Source: Candidatus Sulfotelmatobacter sp. (GTDB taxonomy: Bacteria > Acidobacteriota > Terriglobia > Terriglobales > Acidobacteriaceae). From it: a stretch of 64,000 nt of DNA. The stretch's first letter is position 1. Each line of letters opens with the position of its first letter. The stretch spans positions 4,204-68,203 of the forward strand of contig JASHPH010000170.1 in the NCBI GenBank assembly GCA_030038255.1, written 5' to 3'. The position numbers were made by a program, and so were the translations under genes. Shown piece by piece: positions 29,107-38,059 of this stretch. Below the pieces are notes generated by a model. That model was not told the origin of the DNA and searched no databases. It worked only from the letters and a program-made list of their open reading frames with translations.

Positions 29107-31430
29107 GTTGCTCCGTTGGTCCCGGTCTTTACGGCGTCGCCGTTCGTAGGCGCAAGTTGAAAGCTACGAGGCGGGCGGGCTTCGAGCGGCCTGCCTTCGA
29201 TCAGCGGATAGGTCCACCGCCGCAGCGCCGGAATATGAACGTTAATCCAGTAGTCCCACCAATCGAGCGAGCGCGTGTCGTAGCCGAAATCCTTGCGCTC
29301 TTCCGGCACAAGCGCGTACGACAGTTTTTCGATGTTCTCCGCGGCGAAGTCATGCTCGTTCAGCAAAATGAAGGGCTCAAACAACTCAATCAGCTTTTCC
29401 ACACGCTCCAGGTTGCGCTCGGCTTTCGCCAGCGGTGCCTTCTTCAACGGCAGGGGCGACATGATGCGCTGAATCGACTTTACGATTGCTCTCTGTGCCG
29501 GCGCCGACATGCGGTTGTAGCGCTGCTTCGAAACCGGAATCGCATCAAAACGCAGGCGCAGCCAGGATTCCAGTCCTTCCTGGGCGCGGTAGTGGCGGCG
29601 ATGCGCGAGCGAGGTCAATTCGATGGACCGCCCCATGTCGCAGGGATTCGTGACGGATGTCGCCAGCTGATAAAGCGGATCGTGCCGCCGTTCCATCACG
29701 GCAGCGGCGATCAGTGTCATGCCCGCGCAAACCGCATCCACCGGAATGATGTCGAGGCGCTTGCTCTCGTTCGACGGCAACTGCCGGAAATAGGTGCCCA
29801 GAAGATATGAGAGCGAGGCTGAGGTGTTGATGCCCTCGTTCCATCCGCGAAACGGTTTAGCCACCGAGGTCTCAACAATTGCCGGGCGCACCACCGCCAC
29901 CGGCAATCCCGCGCCGTATTTCGCGATGAGCGACTCGGCCAGGCTCTTGGTCAGCGTATACGTATTCGGCCAGCCCAGTTCCTTGGCGCGGCGTGTGCCC
30001 GCTTCGGTGAGGTAGGTCTTCAGCCAGCGGACACGGTTCTTGCGAATCTGGTTCTCCAGAGCCGCGCCCTGCAGGCCTTTTGCCGCATGCTCCTTCGCTA
30101 GTGACTGCATGCGCAAGCCGGAGGTCACTTCGGCGCTTTCGGATTGTACTTCGGCCTGCTTGATGAGCTCATGTAGCGCGTTCCACTCGCGCTCGGCATC
30201 GAACTCGGCCAGTCCGCGAGGACTGTAGTTGGGAACCAGTTTTTCGCTGACGCGCCCATCCTGCTCGCCGGCCACGTAACAGGTCGAAAGATGCAACAGG
30301 CCGGAGTGGCCTGTGGTGCGAACGAATTCGAGAACGTTGAGCGCAGCGTCGGTGTTCGTGGCGAGCGCGTCCCGCAGATCCGGATTGAAATCCGTCAGCC
30401 CGGAACTGTTCACTATCAGATCGAGATGTTTCTGCAGGCGGGCCGCGACCTCAGGGCTCAGCCCCAGCCCCGGCTGGGTCACATCGCCTTCCACGACTTC
30501 GATTTTTTCGTGCAGAAAATCCGAAAGCCGGCTTCCATAGCGCTCGAACAGCGGATCGAAAACAGGTGAATCTTCCACCATCTTCTCGAAGCGGCGTTCG
30601 GCGGGATTCGACTTTTGCCGCCGGATGAGCAAATAGATCCGCTCGATGCCGGGCAGGTCGAGGAGCGTGTTGGCCAGCCAGACCTTGCCGATGAATCCTG
30701 TAACGCCGATCAGCATGACATGTCTGCCCGCAAAGGCACGGCGAACGGAAAATCCCTGAGCCTGCCGGCTGCTTTCAAAATGAACGATCGGCCGCACCGG
30801 CGCTGGAACTTGCCGCTCGGCGGGAATTGTCGCGGCACGCAGATCGTCGAGAGAAATGTCCAGGTGACGTGCCAGCGTCTTCGGTGCGCGGCGGCCATCG
30901 GGCATGTTTTCGCGGAATGGGGCGAAAGCTCCGCGGGGGCGGATGACCGGCTCCAGCAGCCGGCCCGTGGCCGTGCCATCGCGGAACTCCAGGCGATTGG
31001 CGACGATGTGCTTGACGCCCAGATGTTCCGCCAGCGGCCGCATGATGTGATCCAGGGCCTGACTGACGAGCACGACATCGACCCCGCTTTGCACCAGTTC
31101 TTGCACCTTCCGCACACCTTCGCGCTTCAACCTCGGCTTCAGCTTGTACTGGAAATACTCGTCCCCAAGCAAGTCGAGCCGGTCGGCCGAGACTCCGCGC
31201 AAAGCCGTGTGCACCACGCGAGTGGCAAACTTGCGGTTCGTGGAATAAAGGAACGGGCGCAGCAACGCCATCAGGAAGATGAGACCGCGCCGCCGGAAGC
31301 GCTCGGTGAAGGTCTGGGCGTTCCAGGTGAAGAAAGCCACCGGGCGGACTACGGTAAGGTCGAGAAGACTGCCCTCCACCCGCCAGTAGACGGTGGGGGC
31401 CGCACTGGAATTGTGGTTTGGCGGTTCCAA
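29091..31430 (-). CDS. Fusion protein: N-terminal HAD-IB-like domain (degenerate catalytic motif) plus fatty acyl-CoA/ACP reductase (male-sterility NAD_binding_4) plus C-terminal FAR-type domain
   Basis: Residues ~15-190 are HAD-IB-like, but motif I reads WRVEGSLLD instead of DxDxT. Residues ~235 onward: [20 protein letters not shown]...[18 protein letters not shown] (YxxxK). 779 aa. Confidence 0.7.
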   Translation of the reverse strand: MEPPNHNSSAAPTVYWRVEGSLLDLTVVRPVAFFTWNAQTFTERFRRRGLIFLMALLRPFLYSTNRKFATRVVHTALRGVSADRLDLLGDEYFQYKLKPRLKREGVRKVQELVQSGVDVVLVSQALDHIMRPLAEHLGVKHIVANRLEFRDGTATGRLLEPVIRPRGAFAPFRENMPDGRRAPKTLARHLDISLDDLRAATIPAERQVPAPVRPIVHFESSRQAQGFSVRRAFAGRHVMLIGVTGFIGKVWLANTLLDLPGIERIYLLIRRQKSNPAERRFEKMVEDSPVFDPLFERYGSRLSDFLHEKIEVVEGDVTQPGLGLSPEVAARLQKHLDLIVNSSGLTDFNPDLRDALATNTDAALNVLEFVRTTGHSGLLHLSTCYVAGEQDGRVSEKLVPNYSPRGLAEFDAEREWNALHELIKQAEVQSESAEVTSGLRMQSLAKEHAAKGLQGAALENQIRKNRVRWLKTYLTEAGTRRAKELGWPNTYTLTKSLAESLIAKYGAGLPVAVVRPAIVETSVAKPFRGWNEGINTSASLSYLLGTYFRQLPSNESKRLDIIPVDAVCAGMTLIAAAVMERRHDPLYQLATSVTNPCDMGRSIELTSLAHRRHYRAQEGLESWLRLRFDAIPVSKQRYNRMSAPAQRAIVKSIQRIMSPLPLKKAPLAKAERNLERVEKLIELFEPFILLNEHDFAAENIEKLSYALVPEERKDFGYDTRSLDWWDYWINVHIPALRRWTYPLIEGRPLEARPPRSFQLAPTNGDAVKTGTNGATWRYS

Positions 31431-31587
31431 ATCGTTTATCGTCCGGGGTTCAGGGTTACCTCAGCTCCCAGACGAAACCTATATTGTAAACAATTGAGGG
31501 GATTGAGCGAAGTGGAAGTCGAGCAGTTTCCATGCGGTTACCCGACTCATAAAGCACACGCCGTGGAAAACCGGCCGATTAGGCTCC

Positions 31588-32697
31588 CTACAGCGGCGGA
31601 GGCGCCATGCCGGAGGTCGCACCCGCCCGGACCGGCATCGCTGGCACCGCAGGATACAGGACAGCGCTCAGTTGGGGATATCGTCCTGCAAAGAAGTATA
31701 TGGAATATGCAGGAAAAAACACGATGGCGGGCACGGACACCAACGACACCAGATAGAGAAAAATTCCCAGCAAAATGCAGCCCACCACGATTGCCAGCGT
31801 GATGGTGTACACGTTCCACGTCAGACCTGCGGATTTGCCCGTCAGGATGGCAAGAAGGCTGAGTCCAACGGTAGGAATGGCAAAAAACAACCCCACGATG
31901 AGCGCGGCGATTCCAATGATGATGCCCACCACGATCGCGAGCACGATCTTCATCGCAATGTAGCCGACATAGGCTCCCATCTCAGCCTGCATCATGGCCC
32001 ATAGACGCCGCCAGCCCTCGAACGCGTCAACGCCTTCTAAAGCCATCTGGGGAACGACAAAATCCTTGGTCAAGACAAAAATGACTGCCGTGGCCAGCAG
32101 CCAGGCAAGAAAGAACGAGAATAAGAAGACTCCGCCGACTACCAGCGGAGCCACATGCTCCTTTGGTTGCTTCAGCCATCCGTTGGCGAAGGCAAAGGCC
32201 AACGGGACGCCAATCAGCACCGCGAGGCCTGCAAAAGAAACCACAACGTAAATCAGCTTCCACACGAAGTATTGCCACCCAGGGCCCATGCGACGGCCCC
32301 AGCTCCAGCGGATGTGACACTCTCTCGCGATAATGCTGTCGAACAGAACGAAGCGCATCACGCTGCTCACATACATCAGAATGATCCCGATGGCGAATGC
32401 GGCCAGGACGGCAGCCACGGCCGCGGACATAATCGCCGCCATAAGAGCGGGATCGATCCCCAGGGATCCGATACCCGGAAAGTTTGACCATGGGCCCGGG
32501 ATTTGGGTGTGCGGCACAGCTCCGCCATGCGCGGGAAAGTGGAAGTTGTTGCGATTGCATCCGTTGGAGCCAAGTTCTCCCGCCAATAGCCCAACAAACG
32601 CCAGCTTCGTCCACTGCCCGATCCGGAAGGGCTGGAACAGTTGTTGCTTCGTGTGTTCGATGGCAGGCGTGATCGCGTCGGCGGCGGAGATCGGCAA
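31588..32697 (-). CDS. Polytopic membrane protein of unknown function
   Basis: 369 aa with at least 6 predicted TM helices; TTG start. No motif recognised. First gene of the same-strand lipid-type cluster. Confidence 0.5.
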   Translation of the reverse strand: MPISAADAITPAIEHTKQQLFQPFRIGQWTKLAFVGLLAGELGSNGCNRNNFHFPAHGGAVPHTQIPGPWSNFPGIGSLGIDPALMAAIMSAAVAAVLAAFAIGIILMYVSSVMRFVLFDSIIARECHIRWSWGRRMGPGWQYFVWKLIYVVVSFAGLAVLIGVPLAFAFANGWLKQPKEHVAPLVVGGVFLFSFFLAWLLATAVIFVLTKDFVVPQMALEGVDAFEGWRRLWAMMQAEMGAYVGYIAMKIVLAIVVGIIIGIAALIVGLFFAIPTVGLSLLAILTGKSAGLTWNVYTITLAIVVGCILLGIFLYLVSLVSVPAIVFFPAYSIYFFAGRYPQLSAVLYPAVPAMPVRAGATSGMAPPPL

Positions 32698-32881
32698 CTG
32701 GCACCTCGGCTACGAACTGATTCAGCAGCAAGGTACTAAGAATCGAGCCGCGGATCAAACGAATTCTGACCGCGTACCGAGATGCGAGGACAACGGTGTT
32801 ATCCCGAGCGGAGCCGTATTTCAGGCGGAGCGAGAGCCTGCCCTGAGCGAACTCCGAGCGTACGCGAGGAGGAGTCGAATG

Positions 32882-32923
32882 GGGATCTCGCGTGGAGTGT
32901 CACGGAAGTGCGCGCGAGATCCC
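32882..32923. repeat. Perfect 11-bp inverted repeat (GGGATCTCGCG-N20-CGCGAGATCCC) in a 300-bp intergenic spacer
   Basis: Read directly: 32882-32892 pairs with 32913-32923. A flanking 8-bp complementarity exists between GAGGAGTC (32869-32876) and GACTCCTC (32956-32963). Confidence 0.6.
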
Positions 32924-32997
32924 TCGGCCGCTGGTGAGTGCGCGGGCGTCGGGATGACTCCTCGACAAAAGCGAGATTCAAGTTGAAAGACTGTCGC

Positions 32998-34032
32998 TTA
33001 TTTCTTCGCGTAGGTTGTCTCTTCGCCGGTCCGGCCGTTCGTAACTGTGAATGTACCGTCGTCCTTGGCCGAGACTTTGATGTACTTACCCTGGCAGTTT
33101 TCTTTCACATTGGCGATGCACTCATCAGCGACGTTGTGATCGCGATCCGACTCGGCGGCGTAGTGCAGCTGCCACAGGTCCTCGAGGCCCGGAGCATCAT
33201 GCACGATCTGCCAAGCAACGGGGCTCGCTCCCTTGCGCGGGCCGTTGTCGATGACCGCAACCCGCGGATGCAAGGCCCAGTCCAGAGCTTTGGCATTGGA
33301 AGAGTCGGACCCGTGGTGCGTGACCAAAAAAAGATCGACCGTGCCCAGCAGATTGTTGGGACAGGCGAGTTCCAGCTCTTTCTTTTTCGTCAGATCCGCG
33401 AGATCGAGAAAGCGAAATTTCCCGTAGCTGACCAGAATGCCCACGGAACGGGCATTTTCGGTGTTGTCGACTTCAGCTGCAGGCTCTTTGGCGCAGTACG
33501 GATTTGCGTCTCCGGCTCCGGGCAGCGGGCTGGTGATGTGATCGCCACCGGAAGTGAGAAATCGCACTTCAATCCCTTTGATGGGCAACTTCCATCCCGG
33601 CTTGACGACCACGTGCGCGTGGCCTTCGACCGTCTTCTGATACGCAGCGTAGTCGGCGCGGGTGACCTCGGAGTCCTCCATGTTCGGGCCGTGATCCAGA
33701 AATGTTCCGATCTTGATGCCGTCGGCCAGCTGCGGAACACCGCCGACGTGGTCGCGGTGGTAGTGGGTAATCAGAACGTAGTCGAGCTGCTGAATACCGG
33801 CCTGGTGGGCTGCCGCGATGATGCGGTCGGCGTCGCGTCCCTCGTAGCCAGGCCAGCCCGCGTCGATGAGCAGCGATTGACCGGACGGGCTCACGATCAG
33901 GGTGGATTGCCCTCCTTCCACGTCGATGAAATAAATCTGTAGAGACTTAGCTGCGACGGGTGCAGCTGCGGCGTAAGGCGATACGAACGTCAGAAGAACA
34001 AGGCTGAGAGCGAGGCTCAGGACTCGAGGCAT
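32998..34032 (-). CDS. Secreted MBL-fold metallo-hydrolase
   Basis: Signal peptide MPRVLSLALSLVLLTFVSPYAAA. The metallo-beta-lactamase motif LITHYHRDHVGG, with later H/D ligands (HHGSD). Confidence 0.75.
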   Translation of the reverse strand: MPRVLSLALSLVLLTFVSPYAAAAPVAAKSLQIYFIDVEGGQSTLIVSPSGQSLLIDAGWPGYEGRDADRIIAAAHQAGIQQLDYVLITHYHRDHVGGVPQLADGIKIGTFLDHGPNMEDSEVTRADYAAYQKTVEGHAHVVVKPGWKLPIKGIEVRFLTSGGDHITSPLPGAGDANPYCAKEPAAEVDNTENARSVGILVSYGKFRFLDLADLTKKKELELACPNNLLGTVDLFLVTHHGSDSSNAKALDWALHPRVAVIDNGPRKGASPVAWQIVHDAPGLEDLWQLHYAAESDRDHNVADECIANVKENCQGKYIKVSAKDDGTFTVTNGRTGEETTYAKK

Positions 34033-34149
34033 GACGTGACACCTGATTGGGGATATTGTCGAAGATTATGCCATGCCATGGAACACGGTGGCTGTGGATG
34101 TCTCGCACGGGAGTTGCCCAGCAAGAGTCCCCAAGACGCGGGGATCGCT

Positions 34150-34416
34150 CTACCAGTCGTTATTGGACTTCTCGGACTCTCGCAGTGCGTTGGTCCGGTT
34201 GCGCTTCTTGTAGGCTAGGTAGGTGATTCCCACCGACATGAACATGGGAGGAACAATCAGGACAAGGATTCCGGTGCGCAGACCTTGAATCAGGCGATGA
34301 CCGGCGCCCGCGGCCTGGGTGTAGCACAGGGCGCAGCTTTGGGCCTGGGCGAAGACGTTCGCCAGCACGACCAGACCGGTGGACAAAATATTTCTAAGCG
34401 GACAAGAAAAACCCAT
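34150..34416 (-). CDS. Small two-TM membrane protein with a CxxC motif, downstream of the oxidase genes
   Basis: 88 aa; TM1 LSTGLVVLANVFA, then CALC, then TM2 GILVLIVPPMFMSVGITYLAY. Starts 24 nt after the subunit IV stop. Confidence 0.4.
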   Translation of the reverse strand: MGFSCPLRNILSTGLVVLANVFAQAQSCALCYTQAAGAGHRLIQGLRTGILVLIVPPMFMSVGITYLAYKKRNRTNALRESEKSNNDW

Positions 34417-34440
34417 ACGTCACCTCTACTTCTTAACTTC

Positions 34441-34737
34441 TTACTTCGCAAACGGCCGCAATACCATCAGGCGGAAACTGTCCGCCCAGATCATGTTCAA
34501 CATGACGAGCACAAACAAGGTGCCGGGAATCAGCGCCAGCCGCAGCGTCGATTTCTCGTCGCGCAGATGCATGAAGAACATGACGGCTAGATAGGCCTGA
34601 ATCACGGCCAGAATCAGCATGCGGCCAAGCGAAGGCCCCATCGCCATGGCGACGACGACCTGGATGACAGCGATGGCAAGAATCACTGCGTAAACAATGT
34701 AAGTGGTACCCATGCCGTTCGAGTTTTGCGCGCTCAT
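34441..34737 (-). CDS. Cytochrome c oxidase subunit IV (bacterial small-subunit family)
   Basis: 98 aa, 3 TM helices (YIVYAVILAIAVIQVVVAMAM...AVIQAYLAVMFFMHL), located directly after the subunit III genes. Confidence 0.65.
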   Translation of the reverse strand: MSAQNSNGMGTTYIVYAVILAIAVIQVVVAMAMGPSLGRMLILAVIQAYLAVMFFMHLRDEKSTLRLALIPGTLFVLVMLNMIWADSFRLMVLRPFAK

Positions 34738-34779
34738 TCTGTGCTCCTCTTTCTTTGTTACGCGAGCTTTGTGTCCAAG

Positions 34780-35406
34780 CTACCGCTTCATATTCAACAG
34801 GTAGATCAACGGCACCACGAACATCCATACCAGGTCAACGAAGTGCCAGTACAGAGACCAGATCTCGATGTGCCGGAAGGCGTAGCGCCCGGCCTTGTAG
34901 CCGGAGCCGACCACCAGCAGGGCGATCACGCCGCCCATGACGTGCGCCATGTGCAGACCGGTTACGGAAAAGAACGCGGCGCCAAACATGGGCGCACCCC
35001 AGGGATTCTGGAACATGCGAACGCCTTCGCCGATAAGAGACAGCCATTCGCGGACGTGCAGCACGGTAAACAGAAGACCCATACCGGCCGTGATCAGCGT
35101 CCAGCGAAACGCCCCAGCGCGATCGTCGTTCCGCGCGTCTCTGACGGCAAACAGTACCGTCAGGCTGCTGCTGACCAGGATGAAGGTCATGATCAGCGAA
35201 TTCCAGATGCTGCCCGACTCGAAAACCAGAGGCCAGTCCGCGGCCGAGTTGCGGATATATCCGTATGCGAACAGGACCGCGCCGAACGTGCAAGCGTCCG
35301 AAATGATAAACAGCCACATCACGAGTTTGCTGGAAGGAATGGCAAACGGGCGTTCTTCCATGACTCCCGCGCCATGTACGGCATGATCCATTGTCGCTTC
35401 GCTCAC
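34780..35406 (-). CDS. ctaE: Heme-copper oxidase subunit III
   Basis: 208 aa. WLFIISDACTFGA...FFSVTGLHMAHVMGGVI...YWHFVDLVWMF is typical of subunit III. Confidence 0.8.
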   Translation of the reverse strand: MSEATMDHAVHGAGVMEERPFAIPSSKLVMWLFIISDACTFGAVLFAYGYIRNSAADWPLVFESGSIWNSLIMTFILVSSSLTVLFAVRDARNDDRAGAFRWTLITAGMGLLFTVLHVREWLSLIGEGVRMFQNPWGAPMFGAAFFSVTGLHMAHVMGGVIALLVVGSGYKAGRYAFRHIEIWSLYWHFVDLVWMFVVPLIYLLNMKR

Positions 35407-35437
35407 AGTGCCTCCGTTGAAATTCAGGTTCTATGGC

Positions 35438-36142
35438 CTACAGCTTCAGCCACAAAACGAACAGCAGATAAACCCACAACGCACCCATGAAATGCCAGTA
35501 ATACGAGGTCGCGTCCACCGTGCTGCGGCGCAGAGGCAGCACGAGGATACTCGATGCAGTACTGCGGAACTTCACGATGACGCGCGTCAGGCCCCCCAGG
35601 CCACCCAATACGTGAACTGCATGGACGCCGGTCAGCAGATAGAAAAAGGAACTGTTGGGGTTGGTCGGGAGGTAAAGGCCCTGCGCCCGTAACTGCAGCC
35701 ACGCCACATACTGCCCTGCTACGAACACGAGGCCGAGCAGCAAGGTCGCGTTCAGCCAGAGCATGGCCGGAGCACGATCGCGTTGCTTCCCGCGCATCGA
35801 ATCTGCAACACGATGGCGGGCGAACTCCAGCGTGATGCTGCTCGCGATCAAGGCCAGCGTGTTGAACACGAGAATCGGGGGAAGCGTGATATGGGTCCAG
35901 TCGCTGTAGCCGCTGCCTTCGCGCACATAGAGCGCGCTGGTAAGCGCGGCAAACGTCATCGTGATCGCGGCCAGCCCAACCCAGATTCCGGTCCGAACGG
36001 GCTCACCTTTGGGGTCGGCTACCGCTCGCAGATCACCAGTCTCCGGAACGAGTCCGCGGAAGCCTCCGCCGCCGTTTCCGTCGTGCAAACGTTCCTGCTC
36101 TTCCTCTTCGTGTTGAACTGGCGGTGGTAACGTCGTTGCCAT
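35438..36142 (-). CDS. Second heme-copper oxidase subunit III family protein
   Basis: 234 aa. FFYLLTGVHAVHVLGGL...YYWHFMGALWVYLL carries the same family signature as the downstream gene. Confidence 0.7.
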   Translation of the reverse strand: MATTLPPPVQHEEEEQERLHDGNGGGGFRGLVPETGDLRAVADPKGEPVRTGIWVGLAAITMTFAALTSALYVREGSGYSDWTHITLPPILVFNTLALIASSITLEFARHRVADSMRGKQRDRAPAMLWLNATLLLGLVFVAGQYVAWLQLRAQGLYLPTNPNSSFFYLLTGVHAVHVLGGLGGLTRVIVKFRSTASSILVLPLRRSTVDATSYYWHFMGALWVYLLFVLWLKL

Positions 36143-36225
36143 TGATGGTCCGATTCCCTTCCCTTACTCGATTCGTTGGCGCTCGTTTATTTACTGCCGA
36201 GGAATGCCAAGCCGCCGTACTTCGG

Positions 36226-37998
36226 CTACGGCGTTTCGCCGGCGCGTTCGGGCGAAGTCTGCATCAGGTAGTCGCCGGTGGAGCTTTTCACGCCGTATTG
36301 ATACGGGTCGTGGTGAACCACCGGGTGCTGGCCGCCGAAATTGTTGAATGGCGGCGGAGACGAGGGCGTCGACCACTCCAGAGATGTGCATTCCCACGGG
36401 TTCTCCGGTGCCTTTGGCCCTTTGAACCGGCTGTAGATCAGGTTGACGATGAAGATCAATTGCGCGGCGCCTGTAAACAGTGCCGCGTAAGTGATGAACT
36501 TATGTACCGGCACCAGCGGCACCAGGAAGTCGTCGGTAAATGCAGAGTAGCGGCGCACATTGCCCGCCAGCCCAAGGTAGTGGAAGGGCATGAAGATCGC
36601 GTACGTGCCGATCAGGGTGAGGAAGAAGTGCCACTTCCCCAGCGTCTCATTCATCATGCGCCCGAACATCTTCGGGAACCAGAAGTAGGTCGCGGCAAAG
36701 ACACCCATGATGGCGGCCACGCCCATCACCATATGGAAATGGCCGACCACGAAGTATGTCGCATGCAGGTAGATGTCAATCGTGGGTTGTGCCAGGAAAA
36801 ATCCGCTGACGCCACCCGAGACGAACATCGAGATGAACCCCAGGCAGAACAGCGACGCTGAGTTAATCCGCAGGTTCGAACCATACAGGCTGCCCAGCCA
36901 GATCAGCGTCATGATGGTCGCGGGGATGGTGATCATCAGCGTCGGGAACGAGAAAACCAGCGCGGAGAACGGATTCATGCCGCTCAGGAACATGTGGTGT
37001 CCCCACACCATATAGCTGAGGAAGCCGATCGCCATCATGCAATAGATGATGACTTTGTGGCTCAACATGTTCTTGCGCATGTTGCAGATCAGGATGTGGC
37101 TGACGATGCCGATGGACGGCAGAATGGCGATGTACACCTCAGGATGGCCGAAGAACCAGAACAGGTGCTGCCAGAGCAGCGGCGAGCCACCCTGGTGGTT
37201 CTGCAGATGGTCGCTGATGTTCAGCCCCGAAGGAATAAAGAAGCTCGTGCCGGCAACCCGGTCCAAAACCAGCAGCAGGCAGGCCGGCAGGAGTACCGCG
37301 AAGGCCAGCAGCGAGATGCAAGCAGTAATGAACCAGGCCCAGGTCACGATCGGCATACGCGCCAGAGTCATACCCTTGGTGCGCAGATCGAGGGTGGTGG
37401 AGATGAAGTTCAACGATCCCAACAGCGAGCCGATACAGAAGATGAAGATGGAAAGCCCCCACAAGGTCTGCCCCACAGCCTGTCCCGGGCCGGATTCTCC
37501 GCCAACAGCGCTCAGGGGAGCGTAAGCGGTCCAACCGGAAAGCGGCGGCCCGTCGCCCACGAAGAACGCCGAGATCAGAACAAGGAATCCGGCGAACGTA
37601 GTCCAGAACGACATCATGTTAAAGCGGGGGAAGGCCATATCTTCGGCGCCGATCTGGATGGGCAGGATGTAATTGCCGAAGGCGGCGAAAGGCGCGTTGG
37701 TCAGCACGAAGAAGACCATCAGCGTCCCGTGCATGGTCATGAGCGAGAGATAGTACTCGGGCGTCATCACCCCGCCCGGCGCACCCACCTTCGACAACAA
37801 CTGCAGCCCGGGGATCGGCCAATTCGGCGCGATCAGATGAATTCGCATGAGCCAGGACAAGACCATCCCGGCGACCACTGCAACTAGGGCTAGGCCGTAA
37901 TACTGCAACCCGATGGTCTTGTGGTCGAGGCTGAAAATGTACTTGCGAATGAACGTTGTCGGTGCTGCATGTACTGCGTGTGTTGACGCCTCAGGCAT
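36226..37998 (-). CDS. ctaD: Cytochrome c oxidase subunit I (A-type heme-copper oxidase)
   Basis: 590 aa. DHKTIGLQY, MVFF, WFFGHPEVYI and GHHMF..G, the canonical His ligand regions. Confidence 0.95.
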   Translation of the reverse strand: MPEASTHAVHAAPTTFIRKYIFSLDHKTIGLQYYGLALVAVVAGMVLSWLMRIHLIAPNWPIPGLQLLSKVGAPGGVMTPEYYLSLMTMHGTLMVFFVLTNAPFAAFGNYILPIQIGAEDMAFPRFNMMSFWTTFAGFLVLISAFFVGDGPPLSGWTAYAPLSAVGGESGPGQAVGQTLWGLSIFIFCIGSLLGSLNFISTTLDLRTKGMTLARMPIVTWAWFITACISLLAFAVLLPACLLLVLDRVAGTSFFIPSGLNISDHLQNHQGGSPLLWQHLFWFFGHPEVYIAILPSIGIVSHILICNMRKNMLSHKVIIYCMMAIGFLSYMVWGHHMFLSGMNPFSALVFSFPTLMITIPATIMTLIWLGSLYGSNLRINSASLFCLGFISMFVSGGVSGFFLAQPTIDIYLHATYFVVGHFHMVMGVAAIMGVFAATYFWFPKMFGRMMNETLGKWHFFLTLIGTYAIFMPFHYLGLAGNVRRYSAFTDDFLVPLVPVHKFITYAALFTGAAQLIFIVNLIYSRFKGPKAPENPWECTSLEWSTPSSPPPFNNFGGQHPVVHHDPYQYGVKSSTGDYLMQTSPERAGETP

Positions 37999-38059
37999 TG
38001 CCCTTTCCCCCGTTAGAGTCGGAACTTGCGTTGTTGAGCTCGTTAGGTTTGCGGTTTAG

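Noticed and set aside
20628-31802. Long + strand ORFs across the lipid cluster (20628..21563, 22141..23430, 26765..27829, 28330..29160, 28941..29810, 30615..31802)
   Set aside because: Each is antisense to a minus-strand gene with clear family motifs. Their products are Arg/His/Gly/Ala-rich with no motifs, RBS or signal features.
36124-37887. ORFs 36124..36861 and 36994..37887 (+) of 245 and 297 aa
   Set aside because: They are antisense shadows of ctaD (cytochrome oxidase subunit I), which is unambiguous.
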